Below the pieces are notes generated by a model. The model did no database searches. It was not told the DNA's origin and saw nothing but the letters and a program-made list of their open reading frames with translations. DNA of 64,000 nt from an uncultured Bacteroidota bacterium (GTDB taxonomy: Bacteria; Bacteroidota; Bacteroidia; Bacteroidales; FEN-979), in the NCBI GenBank assembly GCA_937900965.1, contig CALCGJ010000031.1, forward strand, positions 17,341 to 81,340, read 5' to 3'. A program made the position numbers and the translations under genes. Within the stretch, counting starts at the first letter, position 1, and each line of letters opens with the position of its first letter. Of the stretch, positions 10,001 through 17,993 are shown piece by piece.

Positions 10001-10313
10001 AGTGATGAAGAATCAGGGATAACGCCTCTCCGGCTCTACGGGACAACTCCACCAGGTCTAACCCGGTCTCCTCAATCAGGCTTAGTTGCATCTGTCCTGA
10101 GGATCCCTCAGGGATGATTTCATGGGTTTGGGAAAGATCGCTCAACGCTTTCATTACCCGATCCTTCATCTCGTTGGCTGCTTTATGAGTGAAGGTGATA
10201 GCCAGAATATGACGGAACCCTTGAGGATGTACCAGTACCATCTTCAAATATTCCTTAACCAGAGAAAATGTTTTTCCTGATCCGGCAGAACTCCTGTAAA
10301 CAGCAAAACTCAT
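7095..10313 (-). CDS. AddA-like UvrD/Rep-family helicase with C-terminal PD-(D/E)XK nuclease domain
   Basis: The Walker A motif is SAGSGKTF. UvrD-type motifs are present (MIDEFQDTS, TIHKAKGLEFPVV). The C-terminal nuclease motif is RPDRVVF…VIDYKTGK. Confidence 0.85.
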   Translation of the reverse strand: MSFAVYRSSAGSGKTFSLVKEYLKMVLVHPQGFRHILAITFTHKAANEMKDRVMKALSDLSQTHEIIPEGSSGQMQLSLIEETGLDLVELSRRAGEALSLILHHYSEFSIGTIDSFSHRIIRAFAHDFGLPVSFAVELEAEELLTTAVDLLLERAGSDEELTRLLVSFLESRMEEDKGWNIDRLLVSFAKLLMDEEGETHVRKLSSLTLDDFNSISKQLHARIRWIEQQFKELGEKALKLIDLNGIPHGSFYYGKTGIPGYFVYLATGRMDKLEPGSRVITTLEKDKWTGPKASSTDIAAIHEIKSELHGICQQSEALRNTQSQSYHLAKLLTKTIYPLAVLNEIGRVLEGFKRQHNLVHISEFNSRIARIVMHEPVPFIYERLGEKYHHLMIDEFQDTSRLQWLNFVPLMENALAGGYFNLVVGDGKQAIYRWRNGDVSQFTSLPALPGRDENELIRQRETLFLQYFTEHHLDSNYRSSPEIVTFNNRFFRWLSQHLDPGLQDVYKDLEQKTSALTEGGYIRLDVITGEDPDLTYAECTINRTEEIINKLLTGGYALQDIAILCRTNRQAGRIARELILRGIDVVSSESLLLSYSPEVRFITELIRFLFDPANTIIQASIVNYLMNAGRLKQKKADFHMLATEIGRSVHPEDNLMLILRNNGLDLEKDTLLSLPVYDLCEKLIRTFSLDQEADPYVQFFLDAVITFVEKETHSAADFLEWWDQHKMKLSIVVPEGVDAVRIMTIHKAKGLEFPVVIFPFADENLFKANKNYLWVELPPGDKTGLKSAFLPVEKQMLDTVYADRFREEQIKSMLDLVNLLYVALTRPQEQLYIITASPPTNMEELKSLPAFFSAYLQSIGVWEEAKSTYEFGIFTPMQKTSRKKRGGIRVLSSMPSSDWRKAIKIRQRAPEFWDMEDPAGKVDFGSRIHAILADIRVAPDREEALKRALLSGMISREEEPSIREMLDTVVSHPLLARYFHAEVVVKTEPEILQAEGESSRPDRVVFDGIEVTVIDYKTGKRSQSHRRQIERYGQLLQEMGYQRVRKLLVYVGGKVDVEEVVDYSHPGPLKGE

Positions 10314-10370
10314 TTCGATTTACGAATTATTTCAGGATTCCTCCATCCCTTCATCCCTTCATGCCCGTTT

Positions 10371-10390
10371 GGACAAGGCATGCCTCGTCC
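10371..10390. repeat. R2 palindrome copy GGACAAGGCATGCCTCGTCC (one mismatch)
   Basis: Read directly. It is the first of three consecutive hairpins in the 159-nt spacer between the T9SS-cargo stop (10473) and the AddA-like start (10313). Confidence 0.85.
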
Positions 10391-10399
10391 CTTTTTGCC

Positions 10400-10419
10400 A
10401 GCCGCAATAAATTGCGGCT
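10400..10419. repeat. Hairpin AGCCGCAAT-aa-ATTGCGGCT (family R3), followed by CTACAATC
   Basis: Read directly. An identical 20-mer recurs at 25468..25487. Confidence 0.9.
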
Positions 10420-10448
10420 CTACAATCTATATCAGCGCCATTCTGTAC

Positions 10449-10468
10449 AGCCGCCATTCATGGCGGCT
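10449..10468. repeat. Hairpin AGCCGCCAT-tc-ATGGCGGCT (R3 variant with a different stem sequence)
   Basis: Read directly. It has the same architecture as R3, with compensated stem changes. Confidence 0.85.
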
Positions 10469-10472
10469 CACA

Positions 10473-11762
10473 TTATTTTATCAATATCACTTTCCCATGA
10501 TATAGCTTATCTTCCGTTACCAACCGGATCAAATACATTCCTGCCGGAAAAGATGAAAGGTCCATTTCAAGGAATATTGCTGTGTTTTTCAGCTCCCTTC
10601 TCAAAATCTCTTTTCCGCTCCAATCAGATACTATCACATCACCTGTTTGAAAAATATCCGGAGTAGATATACGGATAGCCCCATTTGACGGATTCGGGAA
10701 TATGTTTAGCAAGTGGGTCTTCTGTTCCTCTATCCCAGGGGAGACAACAGTAACCAGCTTCTGGTCTGAAACGAATGTATTCAGGCCATCGATGACAACG
10801 ATTCCAAAAGTGGTTGTGGAATCCATCAACACCGTTAACGACTGGGTTGTATCCAACGTGTTCCAGATAAATCTGTAAGGTGGAGCACCTCCTGAGACTG
10901 CTGCATGGAATGTAACCATGGTACCCTTATCCACAGTTGTATCGGGGCCAAGGGAAACGGAGAGCGGAAGTGAGGGAAGCCGGGTGCTGTCGCGATATGT
11001 CGCCGTAACGATCAAACCTTCGCTGTTCACTTGCAAAACAGGGATCCCCATATGTTCAGCTAACCACTTGTATTCAGTTATGTTTCGGTCTGTGCCGATG
11101 CCAAACCCCATGGACTCGATGAAAATGCTGTCGTGTTGGAATAGGTCACACCGAACCCTGATGGATTCGAATGATCCAAACGGTGTGATAACGGTCCCCC
11201 ATCCATCCACAAAAGAGGTACGAGCTCTCTGGGTTGAGTAATAGAACATTCCGGGAAAATCAATTGCAACCGCAGAAGTTGAAGCCCAGCTTGCATTCGT
11301 ATCCACAGGGAAAGCATAGTATTTATCCGGGGTATTAAATTTGGCAGCAATTGGAACGCCCTGAATCTTAAATGCAAAGCCGTTATCCACAAAGGCTTCG
11401 CCTGAACTTTTAAAAAATGTGAACGATTGCGTAACAGGAAGTCCGGGAAATAACTCGCTGTTTCCCCTTGGACTGGCCAGGTTTGAAACTACGTTAGGGA
11501 TAAAATAGAACCAATATTCGGGGGGTGTGCTTGTCATCATTACGAACGTATCTATTCGCTGGTTCATCGGCTCCAGCATTGAAAAGTTCCATGTTGTATC
11601 ACGTCCGGTCTGGTGGTAGTTTCCCGGGACTGTACTTGTCATGCTCACCCGAAGTGTATCTCCGGCATTCGGCATGTCAGTTTCGTCAATTACTACCTGC
11701 GACCACAGTCCCAAAGGGAGAAGTAACAGGAGAAGGTGGGGAATATGGTTTTGAGCTTTCAT
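10473..11762 (-). CDS. T9SS type-A C-terminal sorting domain protein, function unknown
   Basis: The start ATG at 11762 gives the signal peptide MKAQNHIPHLLLLLLPLGLWSQV. The C-terminus NIFPNPSNGAIRIS…GMYLIRLVTEDKLYHGKVILIK is a Por_Secre_tail-type domain. The longer ORF in the track overlaps tamB and is not supported. Confidence 0.8.
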   Translation of the reverse strand: MKAQNHIPHLLLLLLPLGLWSQVVIDETDMPNAGDTLRVSMTSTVPGNYHQTGRDTTWNFSMLEPMNQRIDTFVMMTSTPPEYWFYFIPNVVSNLASPRGNSELFPGLPVTQSFTFFKSSGEAFVDNGFAFKIQGVPIAAKFNTPDKYYAFPVDTNASWASTSAVAIDFPGMFYYSTQRARTSFVDGWGTVITPFGSFESIRVRCDLFQHDSIFIESMGFGIGTDRNITEYKWLAEHMGIPVLQVNSEGLIVTATYRDSTRLPSLPLSVSLGPDTTVDKGTMVTFHAAVSGGAPPYRFIWNTLDTTQSLTVLMDSTTTFGIVVIDGLNTFVSDQKLVTVVSPGIEEQKTHLLNIFPNPSNGAIRISTPDIFQTGDVIVSDWSGKEILRRELKNTAIFLEMDLSSFPAGMYLIRLVTEDKLYHGKVILIK

Positions 11763-11763
11763 A

Positions 11764-14700
11764 TCACTCCTTTTTCTTTGTTTTTGATCTGCGAAACAAT
11801 TCTCCCCATTTGTAAAAATCACGCTGAAAAGAGATCCCGACACCTTGTGTGTAAGGGGCGTTATTATTGAGGAGGTCGATGGTATTGGTCCGGTTGAATG
11901 CCCGTATTCTCCATCTCCTGTTCTTGGTAAGGAGGTATTCAACATTGATATCACCTACGATAGTGCTGGCTTGAGCAGAAGTAGTATTCTTGTAAGATGA
12001 CATACCAAATGTTCCATCTATTAACAACCTGTCATCAAACAGTTGTGTTGAGACAGTCATGTCGATCTCCTGGCCTGCAGTTGAAGATCCTGGCTGATAA
12101 TTGACACCGATGTTCAGATTCTGAGACATCCCCGAGAGCCAACTGTTAATCTGGTTAGTTACAATCGAAAGTGATGCACCGCCTACATCAACTGCTCCAC
12201 CCGAGCCACCTGCGACCGGTTTAAACTGATTCATTACCAGAATGTATAAAACCTGCTGTGTCATCTCCGCAGTATTGCTTGTATCGATAGCATTATAGAC
12301 CATATTTCTCTCACTCTCCTGGGCATATGGTAAGGCTATTCCAAATGACATGATTGGGTTCATCAGCTTTCCGTTGAGGCGTATAATACACTCAACCGGA
12401 ATGCGGCCCTGAATAGTCGATGTCTCAGAACTTAGTCCCGACAGTGGAACTTTTGTCTTGTATATTGCAGATAACGATATATTTGCATCAGTAGGGTCAC
12501 CAGTCCATGAGATAGAACTTCCCTCTTTAATGGCGAAGGGCAACCGAATCAGGTTTTTCATCTGAAAAAGAAATGAGCCCTTGCTGATCGAGTAGCTTCC
12601 ATGAAGGCTGAAAGGGGTGGAAGGGTTCATCCCCATGGAGATGTTCCCGGATCCGTTTGCTTTGATATTTCCAAGTTGACCGGGGAATAATACCTCAACC
12701 TGGGCATCGGGCCTTACGGCAAGGCTAATGGCCAGGGTCAATCCCGTTGAAGAGGCTGGTCTGCTCAGCTTCGTTGCATTCTCAAGAGAATCTCCCCTGG
12801 GTTGCTTGAAAACAATGTAATCCACCTGTCCAACAGCCTGGGTCAGGTTAATCGGTATCGTTACATTGGTGTTCTGGCCAGTGCTGGCATTCGCAGTGAC
12901 AACAATGTAGTCGATAGGACCAACGATTTCAACCGTTCCGCTCGACCTTGCATTCCCGTAGAAGATACTATTCTGGGCATATGTGTTCCTGAAGGCTGAA
13001 AAGTCATCCATTCGGATATTCAGATTCAGGCTTAGATTGCGGAAATAGTTATGATTAAAAGACCCGTTCAGGTAGGCTTTATTTCCCAGGGAGTCGTATA
13101 GAACCATATTGTTAAAGGAAAATTTATCCGGCTCAATGGTGATGATATCGGCAACCGAATAGGGAACATTGAGGTAACTGATATTGAACTCGGTGCGCAT
13201 CAGTCTTAACTCACCCTTTAATGCAGGCTCCTGAAGGGTACCATCAATCCTGATCTCCCCAGATACAAGACCTGTCAGCCTGGACATAAAACCTGAAACA
13301 AACGGTTCAAGCATCTTGAGGTTCAGGTTCTTCAGCTTCAGGTCGAAATCAAAATGCGGATTTGGCGCTGCTGTGTAATAGCTTCCTGTAAGGGAAAACG
13401 GGATACTCTGGCCAATATTTCCGGTATATATTATTTCTGAGACCACATCAAGTTTATCTTCAGCCCTGTTGTAGTTCACCCGAAAAACGGCATCTCCGAG
13501 ATGCTGCCTGTTGAAACTGAAATTGTCAAGCTTCAGATCAGAATAGACTGACAACTCATTATAGACATCTGTGATTTTCAGATCTCCTGACAGGATCCCG
13601 TCGATGTCAATATTGGGATTTGAGAAAAAATAATCCAGTTGAGAGACATTTACCCCATTGAAGGTCAGATCAAGGGTATCCAGAAAATTGCGGGTAAGCC
13701 TCCCATTCAGTGATAACCACTGGTTGCCGCTCATAAAGGTAAGATCGTGAATTACGATCATGGAGGTATCCAGGATCACATAATTATCTTTCGAAATAGT
13801 CCATGGATTACCGGCCAGTTGTAAGTCAAGTTCATCCAGTTTAATTTTCACGCTCCCATCTTCCAGAAAAGTCAGGAATCCTTCAAAAAAGCTGTAGTCT
13901 TCTTCTGAAGCTGAGCTTACCTTGTAAAGGATACTGTCATGACGGGCGCTGGCAGTTAATAAGAGTGTGTCAAGTTGAATATAAACCGTATCTGTTGGTT
14001 TCGACTTATTCATGATCAGCCTGTCACAACCCGTCTGCACGGAGAGATCATCGCTGCGGGTTTCGGCATCAATGGACCAATTTTCCAGCTGCATTTCTCT
14101 GATATGCAGCAAAGGTGACCGACCCGTTAGTGTAAGTATCTTGTCAGCTTCATTATAATTGCCTTTCAGGTATGATTCCGGGGCGATTTCCAGGAATGGG
14201 AGAAAAATGGCTGTAACTTCAGCCGTATTCCTGAACGTTATCTGGTAGTTCAGCTCCTGTCCTGAATAATGGTATTTCATAGTTGAATCCTGTCGCATCT
14301 GAAAGCTGGCCAGGTAATTCCGGATGAAGGTAACTACTGATGGCACAAGTTTACTGAAGGCAAACTCACCGGTAAAATCAGCATCCAGCAGATCAGACCT
14401 CACTTCATAGGTTTTCTGTCCTGACGAGTCAGCGTTTGTCATGATAAGCAGGGAATCAATGAATGCCCTGTTTCTCCCTTCCCAGTATGAGATATTCCGC
14501 AGATCGATTGTCCCGACAATATTATCAATTGAATTTCCTTTGAAGTCGGCCTGCACTGAAGCTGAGAAGATCTCTACCGAGTCTCGTTCTAGTAGATGCA
14601 GGTTGAACAGCTGTGCATGGTCGACCCGTGAGTCGAATTTAAAAACTGCCAGGCTGTCGTTAAAATCGGCCATTCCGTGAAATGTGAGCTGCAAATCGGA

Positions 14701-16317
14701 ATCATCCACAGTTAAATCACCGAAAAATCTCTTCCGGATAAGTGAGCCATTGAGAGTTATGTTTTTGTAATTATACCTGTTTAGCATGGCTGAATCGACC
14801 TTCAATTGCATTAAAAGATCGGCTTCATTAAACGAAAGGCCCTTACCGTCAAGGTTGGCCCGTAAAGTGACCTTGCCTAACATTTCTGAATTTCCAATCA
14901 GTTTTCCTACGTCGAATGAGGTGATCCCCAGCTCACCTTGATATGCCAAAGGTCCCCTTTTTACAGGTTGTTTCAACTGCAGATTTGTTTTTGCGGATCC
15001 GATATCTGTCCGGATTTCCGCCTGGGCTATAAAATCATCAATAAAACCGGTAAAATCGCCCTTTACCCTTATTAGGCCTAAATTCCCGATCAATTCAGGA
15101 ATTTCCACACTCCCGGGATCTCCCGGAATCTTGAAAGCACTGATATCTTTGGCTGTTGTTGTAAAGTTTTTAATACTCATATCAACATAGGATGCGCTGA
15201 TATCGGGAAGTCCAACAATGTAAATATTACCATTAAAGATGGTGTTTTCTTCAAATGCCAGCTTTAAGTTATCTGCTCTGAGCTTAGCCACTGTCCCTGC
15301 TATATCACCATCGAACCTGATACGGTTACGCATTTCCTTTACTTCGGGAGCGAAAAATCCTATATCCGTCATATCAAACTCCGATGGCTGAATGTCGGCC
15401 TCAATCCTTACCTGTTTCAGAAAATCGGTAAACGCGATGAAGCCATTGTAACGGAATGCAAAATCAAGTGAAAGGTTTGAATTGTCGGTTGTCAGCTTCA
15501 GGTCATCCACTGTAATAAACTGATCGCTGACCTTACAATCACCCTGAAAATTATGCAGGTAGATTCCGCATTTTTCCCTGGCCGTGAGGTGATTGATCAT
15601 CGCATTGATCGTATCTCCTTCAATTCTTACGTTAGATATATCCAGATCAATATTCGTTACATCGATGTCGGTATAATCCATTCCTTGAGTTGTACCGGGG
15701 TTGGTTTCATCCTGGTAATGAAACCGGATGCCCTCGAGGATTATCCTTTTACATCTGATCGAAAGGGGTGCTGCAGGTGTTGTATCAGGTATTTTAGGGA
15801 TGGTGTCGGCCGAAGAGAAATGGTTAATAATAGCAACCAGGTTTAGAACTGAATCATTCCTGTGTTTCAGGAGCTGAAACTCCCCCTGGCTGATCAGAAT
15901 TTTCTGCACAGTGATGGTTCTTCCGGAAAGGCTGAACCAGATAGGTTTAATGCTAAGTTGGCGGGCAGAAAAGAGTGTAGTATCATGGTGGTCTTTCACC
16001 AGGATATCTTCGATAGTAAATCCATTGTGAAAGGAGAGGTCAAAGTTCCCGATGCGGAACGTAGCGCCTGTTTCCCGGGAGAGGTAATCAGCGGTCATCT
16101 GTATGGCAAGGCTCTGCACCCAGGTATCACGCAACACCAGATAAAGGGTGAAGACCAAAGCGATCAAGACCGTAACCAGATAGAGCCCTATTTTACCAAC
16201 TGTTTTTATTTTACTTTTGCCTTTTGGAACCTGATAAATAAATTCAATGCCACCCTTTATTCTCGGTATCGAAACTTCATGTGATGACACCTCCGCTTCA
16301 GTGGTTGAAGGAACCAT
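11764..16317 (-). CDS. tamB: Translocation/assembly module protein TamB (DUF490-type giant periplasm-spanning protein)
   Basis: About 1500 aa. There is a single N-terminal TM helix (IGLYLVTVLIALVFTLYLVL) and a repetitive beta-rich body. The C-terminus is …GDINVEYLLTKNRRWRIRAFNRTN…GVGISFQRDF. The start is uncertain: ATG 16317, GTG 16290 and TTG 16356 all overlap tsaD head to head. Confidence 0.8.
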   Translation of the reverse strand: MVPSTTEAEVSSHEVSIPRIKGGIEFIYQVPKGKSKIKTVGKIGLYLVTVLIALVFTLYLVLRDTWVQSLAIQMTADYLSRETGATFRIGNFDLSFHNGFTIEDILVKDHHDTTLFSARQLSIKPIWFSLSGRTITVQKILISQGEFQLLKHRNDSVLNLVAIINHFSSADTIPKIPDTTPAAPLSIRCKRIILEGIRFHYQDETNPGTTQGMDYTDIDVTNIDLDISNVRIEGDTINAMINHLTAREKCGIYLHNFQGDCKVSDQFITVDDLKLTTDNSNLSLDFAFRYNGFIAFTDFLKQVRIEADIQPSEFDMTDIGFFAPEVKEMRNRIRFDGDIAGTVAKLRADNLKLAFEENTIFNGNIYIVGLPDISASYVDMSIKNFTTTAKDISAFKIPGDPGSVEIPELIGNLGLIRVKGDFTGFIDDFIAQAEIRTDIGSAKTNLQLKQPVKRGPLAYQGELGITSFDVGKLIGNSEMLGKVTLRANLDGKGLSFNEADLLMQLKVDSAMLNRYNYKNITLNGSLIRKRFFGDLTVDDSDLQLTFHGMADFNDSLAVFKFDSRVDHAQLFNLHLLERDSVEIFSASVQADFKGNSIDNIVGTIDLRNISYWEGRNRAFIDSLLIMTNADSSGQKTYEVRSDLLDADFTGEFAFSKLVPSVVTFIRNYLASFQMRQDSTMKYHYSGQELNYQITFRNTAEVTAIFLPFLEIAPESYLKGNYNEADKILTLTGRSPLLHIREMQLENWSIDAETRSDDLSVQTGCDRLIMNKSKPTDTVYIQLDTLLLTASARHDSILYKVSSASEEDYSFFEGFLTFLEDGSVKIKLDELDLQLAGNPWTISKDNYVILDTSMIVIHDLTFMSGNQWLSLNGRLTRNFLDTLDLTFNGVNVSQLDYFFSNPNIDIDGILSGDLKITDVYNELSVYSDLKLDNFSFNRQHLGDAVFRVNYNRAEDKLDVVSEIIYTGNIGQSIPFSLTGSYYTAAPNPHFDFDLKLKNLNLKMLEPFVSGFMSRLTGLVSGEIRIDGTLQEPALKGELRLMRTEFNISYLNVPYSVADIITIEPDKFSFNNMVLYDSLGNKAYLNGSFNHNYFRNLSLNLNIRMDDFSAFRNTYAQNSIFYGNARSSGTVEIVGPIDYIVVTANASTGQNTNVTIPINLTQAVGQVDYIVFKQPRGDSLENATKLSRPASSTGLTLAISLAVRPDAQVEVLFPGQLGNIKANGSGNISMGMNPSTPFSLHGSYSISKGSFLFQMKNLIRLPFAIKEGSSISWTGDPTDANISLSAIYKTKVPLSGLSSETSTIQGRIPVECIIRLNGKLMNPIMSFGIALPYAQESERNMVYNAIDTSNTAEMTQQVLYILVMNQFKPVAGGSGGAVDVGGASLSIVTNQINSWLSGMSQNLNIGVNYQPGSSTAGQEIDMTVSTQLFDDRLLIDGTFGMSSYKNTTSAQASTIVGDINVEYLLTKNRRWRIRAFNRTNTIDLLNNNAPYTQGVGISFQRDFYKWGELFRRSKTKKKE
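16212..16219 (+). promoter_or_regulatory. Candidate Bacteroidota -7 box TACTTTTG for tsaD
   Basis: It matches TAnnTTTG and lies 28 nt upstream of the tsaD ATG (16247). Confidence 0.4.
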
Positions 16318-17302
16318 TGTACGGTCGAACGTTACTGCCAACCAGGAGATCCACAAGGAGTTCGGGGGTGTGGTCCCTGAGCTGGCATCCCGTGCTCATC
16401 AGCAAAATATAGTACCGGTGATTGAAGCCGCAATCCGGAGAGCAAATATACGTAAAAATCAACTTGCTGCGGTGGCCTTTACACAGGGCCCGGGGCTTCT
16501 TGGCTCGCTTCTCGTTGGATCATCATTTGCTAAAAGCTTTGCCCTCGCGATGGAGATTCCCCTGATCGAAGTTGACCATATGCAGGCGCACATCCTGGCG
16601 CATTTCCTGGAAGATCCGCAGAACCAGCGTCCTCTGCCTTCATTCCCGTTTGTCTGTCTGACAGTTTCCGGTGGCCATACCCAGATTGTATTGGTGCGTG
16701 ACTATTTTGATATGGAGGTGCTTGGTCAAACCATCGATGATGCTGCAGGAGAGGCTTTTGACAAATCAGCAAAGATCCTTGGACTCCCCTACCCCGGAGG
16801 TCCAATAATCGACAAGCTTGCTGCAGGAGGTGACCCCGTACGGTTTTCCTTCTCCCGCCCGAACATCCCGGCACTTGATTACAGCTTCAGCGGACTTAAA
16901 ACTTCAATCCTTTATTTTATCAGGGATGAGCTGAAAAAGGATCCTGCATTCATCGAGGAAAATAAAAGGGATCTCTGTGCATCGATCCAGGCAACAATTG
17001 TTGAGATATTGATGGGGAAGTTGAAGCTTGCAGTCGAAGAGATACGCGATACGCGATATGCGATCCCGGATCACGGATCGCGGATCGTTGATGTGGCAAT
17101 CGCCGGTGGCGTATCGGCAAACTCTGCCTTAAGGAAGGCACTGCTGGAGACCGCAGACAAGGAGGGCTGGAATGCCTTTATACCGCAGTTTGAGTACACA
17201 ACAGATAATGCAGCGATGATTGCTGTTGCAGGGTATTTCAAATTCCTGAAGGGCGATTTCACGAAGCAGTCTGCAATATCCTATGCCCGAAGCAGATGGT
17301 GA
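16247..17302 (+). CDS. tsaD: tRNA N6-adenosine threonylcarbamoyltransferase TsaD, with an in-frame repeat-derived insertion
   Basis: The N-terminus is MPPFILGIETSCDDT. Other family motifs are VDHMQAHI, LTVSGGHTQ, GEAFDK and AIAGGVSAN. The insertion IRDTRYAIPDHGSRI is encoded by the heptamers at 17041..17089. Confidence 0.92.
   Translation: MPPFILGIETSCDDTSASVVEGTIVRSNVTANQEIHKEFGGVVPELASRAHQQNIVPVIEAAIRRANIRKNQLAAVAFTQGPGLLGSLLVGSSFAKSFALAMEIPLIEVDHMQAHILAHFLEDPQNQRPLPSFPFVCLTVSGGHTQIVLVRDYFDMEVLGQTIDDAAGEAFDKSAKILGLPYPGGPIIDKLAAGGDPVRFSFSRPNIPALDYSFSGLKTSILYFIRDELKKDPAFIEENKRDLCASIQATIVEILMGKLKLAVEEIRDTRYAIPDHGSRIVDVAIAGGVSANSALRKALLETADKEGWNAFIPQFEYTTDNAAMIAVAGYFKFLKGDFTKQSAISYARSRW
17041..17089. 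repeat. Heptanucleotide tandem array (GATACGC GATACGC GATATGC GATCCCG GATCACG GATCGCG GATCGTT) inside tsaD
   Basis: Read directly. The GATCRCG unit is the same one found in the intergenic arrays at 25499..25526 and 25582..25616. Confidence 0.9.
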
Positions 17303-17958
17303 ACTTTATAGAGATCCCTACCGAACAAACTACCGCAGCTACGGATGTTGTTTTGGCACTGGTTGCTCTTGTTGTCTGCGTTCTTACCTTCAAGGCTGGT
17401 AAGCAATTCAATCCGAAAAAAGGTAAGATCTGGACATGGGCATTTGGTTTGCTGGCGTTTGCTGCGTTGACCGGTGCCATCGCTCATGGTTTTCAGATGT
17501 CACACCAGCTGAATTACATTCTCTGGCAGCCTCTGAACCTGGCACTGGGCCTTGCCATCTCAATGTTTGTTGTAGGTGTTACCTTTGACATGACAAAGGG
17601 AGATCTTCCAAAATTTGTCCTTCCTGTTTTGATAGTAACAGGCACCCTGTTTTATCTCGTCACCTTAATAATTCCAGGATCTTTCCTGGTGTTCATTCTA
17701 TATGAAGCAATCGCTATGTTATTTTCTCTTGTGGTCTATATCATCCTGGGATTCAGAAATCAAATTCGGGGTGCCTGGTTCATGGCCCTGGGGATTCTCA
17801 TCACAATAATTGCTGCAGCCATCCAGGCTTCTGAATCAATATCCTTCACATCTATCTGGAAATTCGATCACAACGGCATCTTCCATATCATACAAATTAT
17901 TGGTTTGTTGGTTCTCTATTGGGGTCTTCGTGCAGACCTTAAAAAAAAGAGCTCTTAA
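17296..17958 (+). CDS. Integral membrane protein with about seven TM helices, function unknown
   Basis: Its ATG overlaps the tsaD stop (ATGGTGA). I count seven hydrophobic segments. Conserved-looking His residues occur at AHGF and in FDHNGIFH. Confidence 0.6.
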   Translation: MVNFIEIPTEQTTAATDVVLALVALVVCVLTFKAGKQFNPKKGKIWTWAFGLLAFAALTGAIAHGFQMSHQLNYILWQPLNLALGLAISMFVVGVTFDMTKGDLPKFVLPVLIVTGTLFYLVTLIIPGSFLVFILYEAIAMLFSLVVYIILGFRNQIRGAWFMALGILITIIAAAIQASESISFTSIWKFDHNGIFHIIQIIGLLVLYWGLRADLKKKSS

Positions 17959-17993
17959 ATGGAACCGATAAAACTGGTTTGAAAAAAGAAATC

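Noticed and set aside
1617-10313. The helicase-nuclease, nucleotidyltransferase and kinase block as a candidate anti-phage defence system
   Set aside because: The nucleotidyltransferase has the sugar-1-phosphate GxGTRL signature and the kinase is APH-fold, matching the AmgK/MurU recycling pair. The helicase and nuclease genes look like housekeeping AddAB-type repair proteins. No defence-specific domains are visible.
10371-10468. The three tandem hairpins upstream of the AddA-like gene as canonical Rho-independent terminators for the T9SS cargo gene
   Set aside because: In the transcribed (minus) orientation none is followed by a U-tract. The only T-run (CTTTTTG after 10390) is on the non-transcribed strand. 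I therefore report them as repeat-family hairpins and not as terminators.
11763-11954. A 64-codon N-terminal extension of the T9SS cargo ORF (10473..11954) that overlaps the tamB 3' end
   Set aside because: The internal ATG at 11762 is followed by a clear signal peptide and lies 1 nt after the tamB stop. The extension has no signal-like features.
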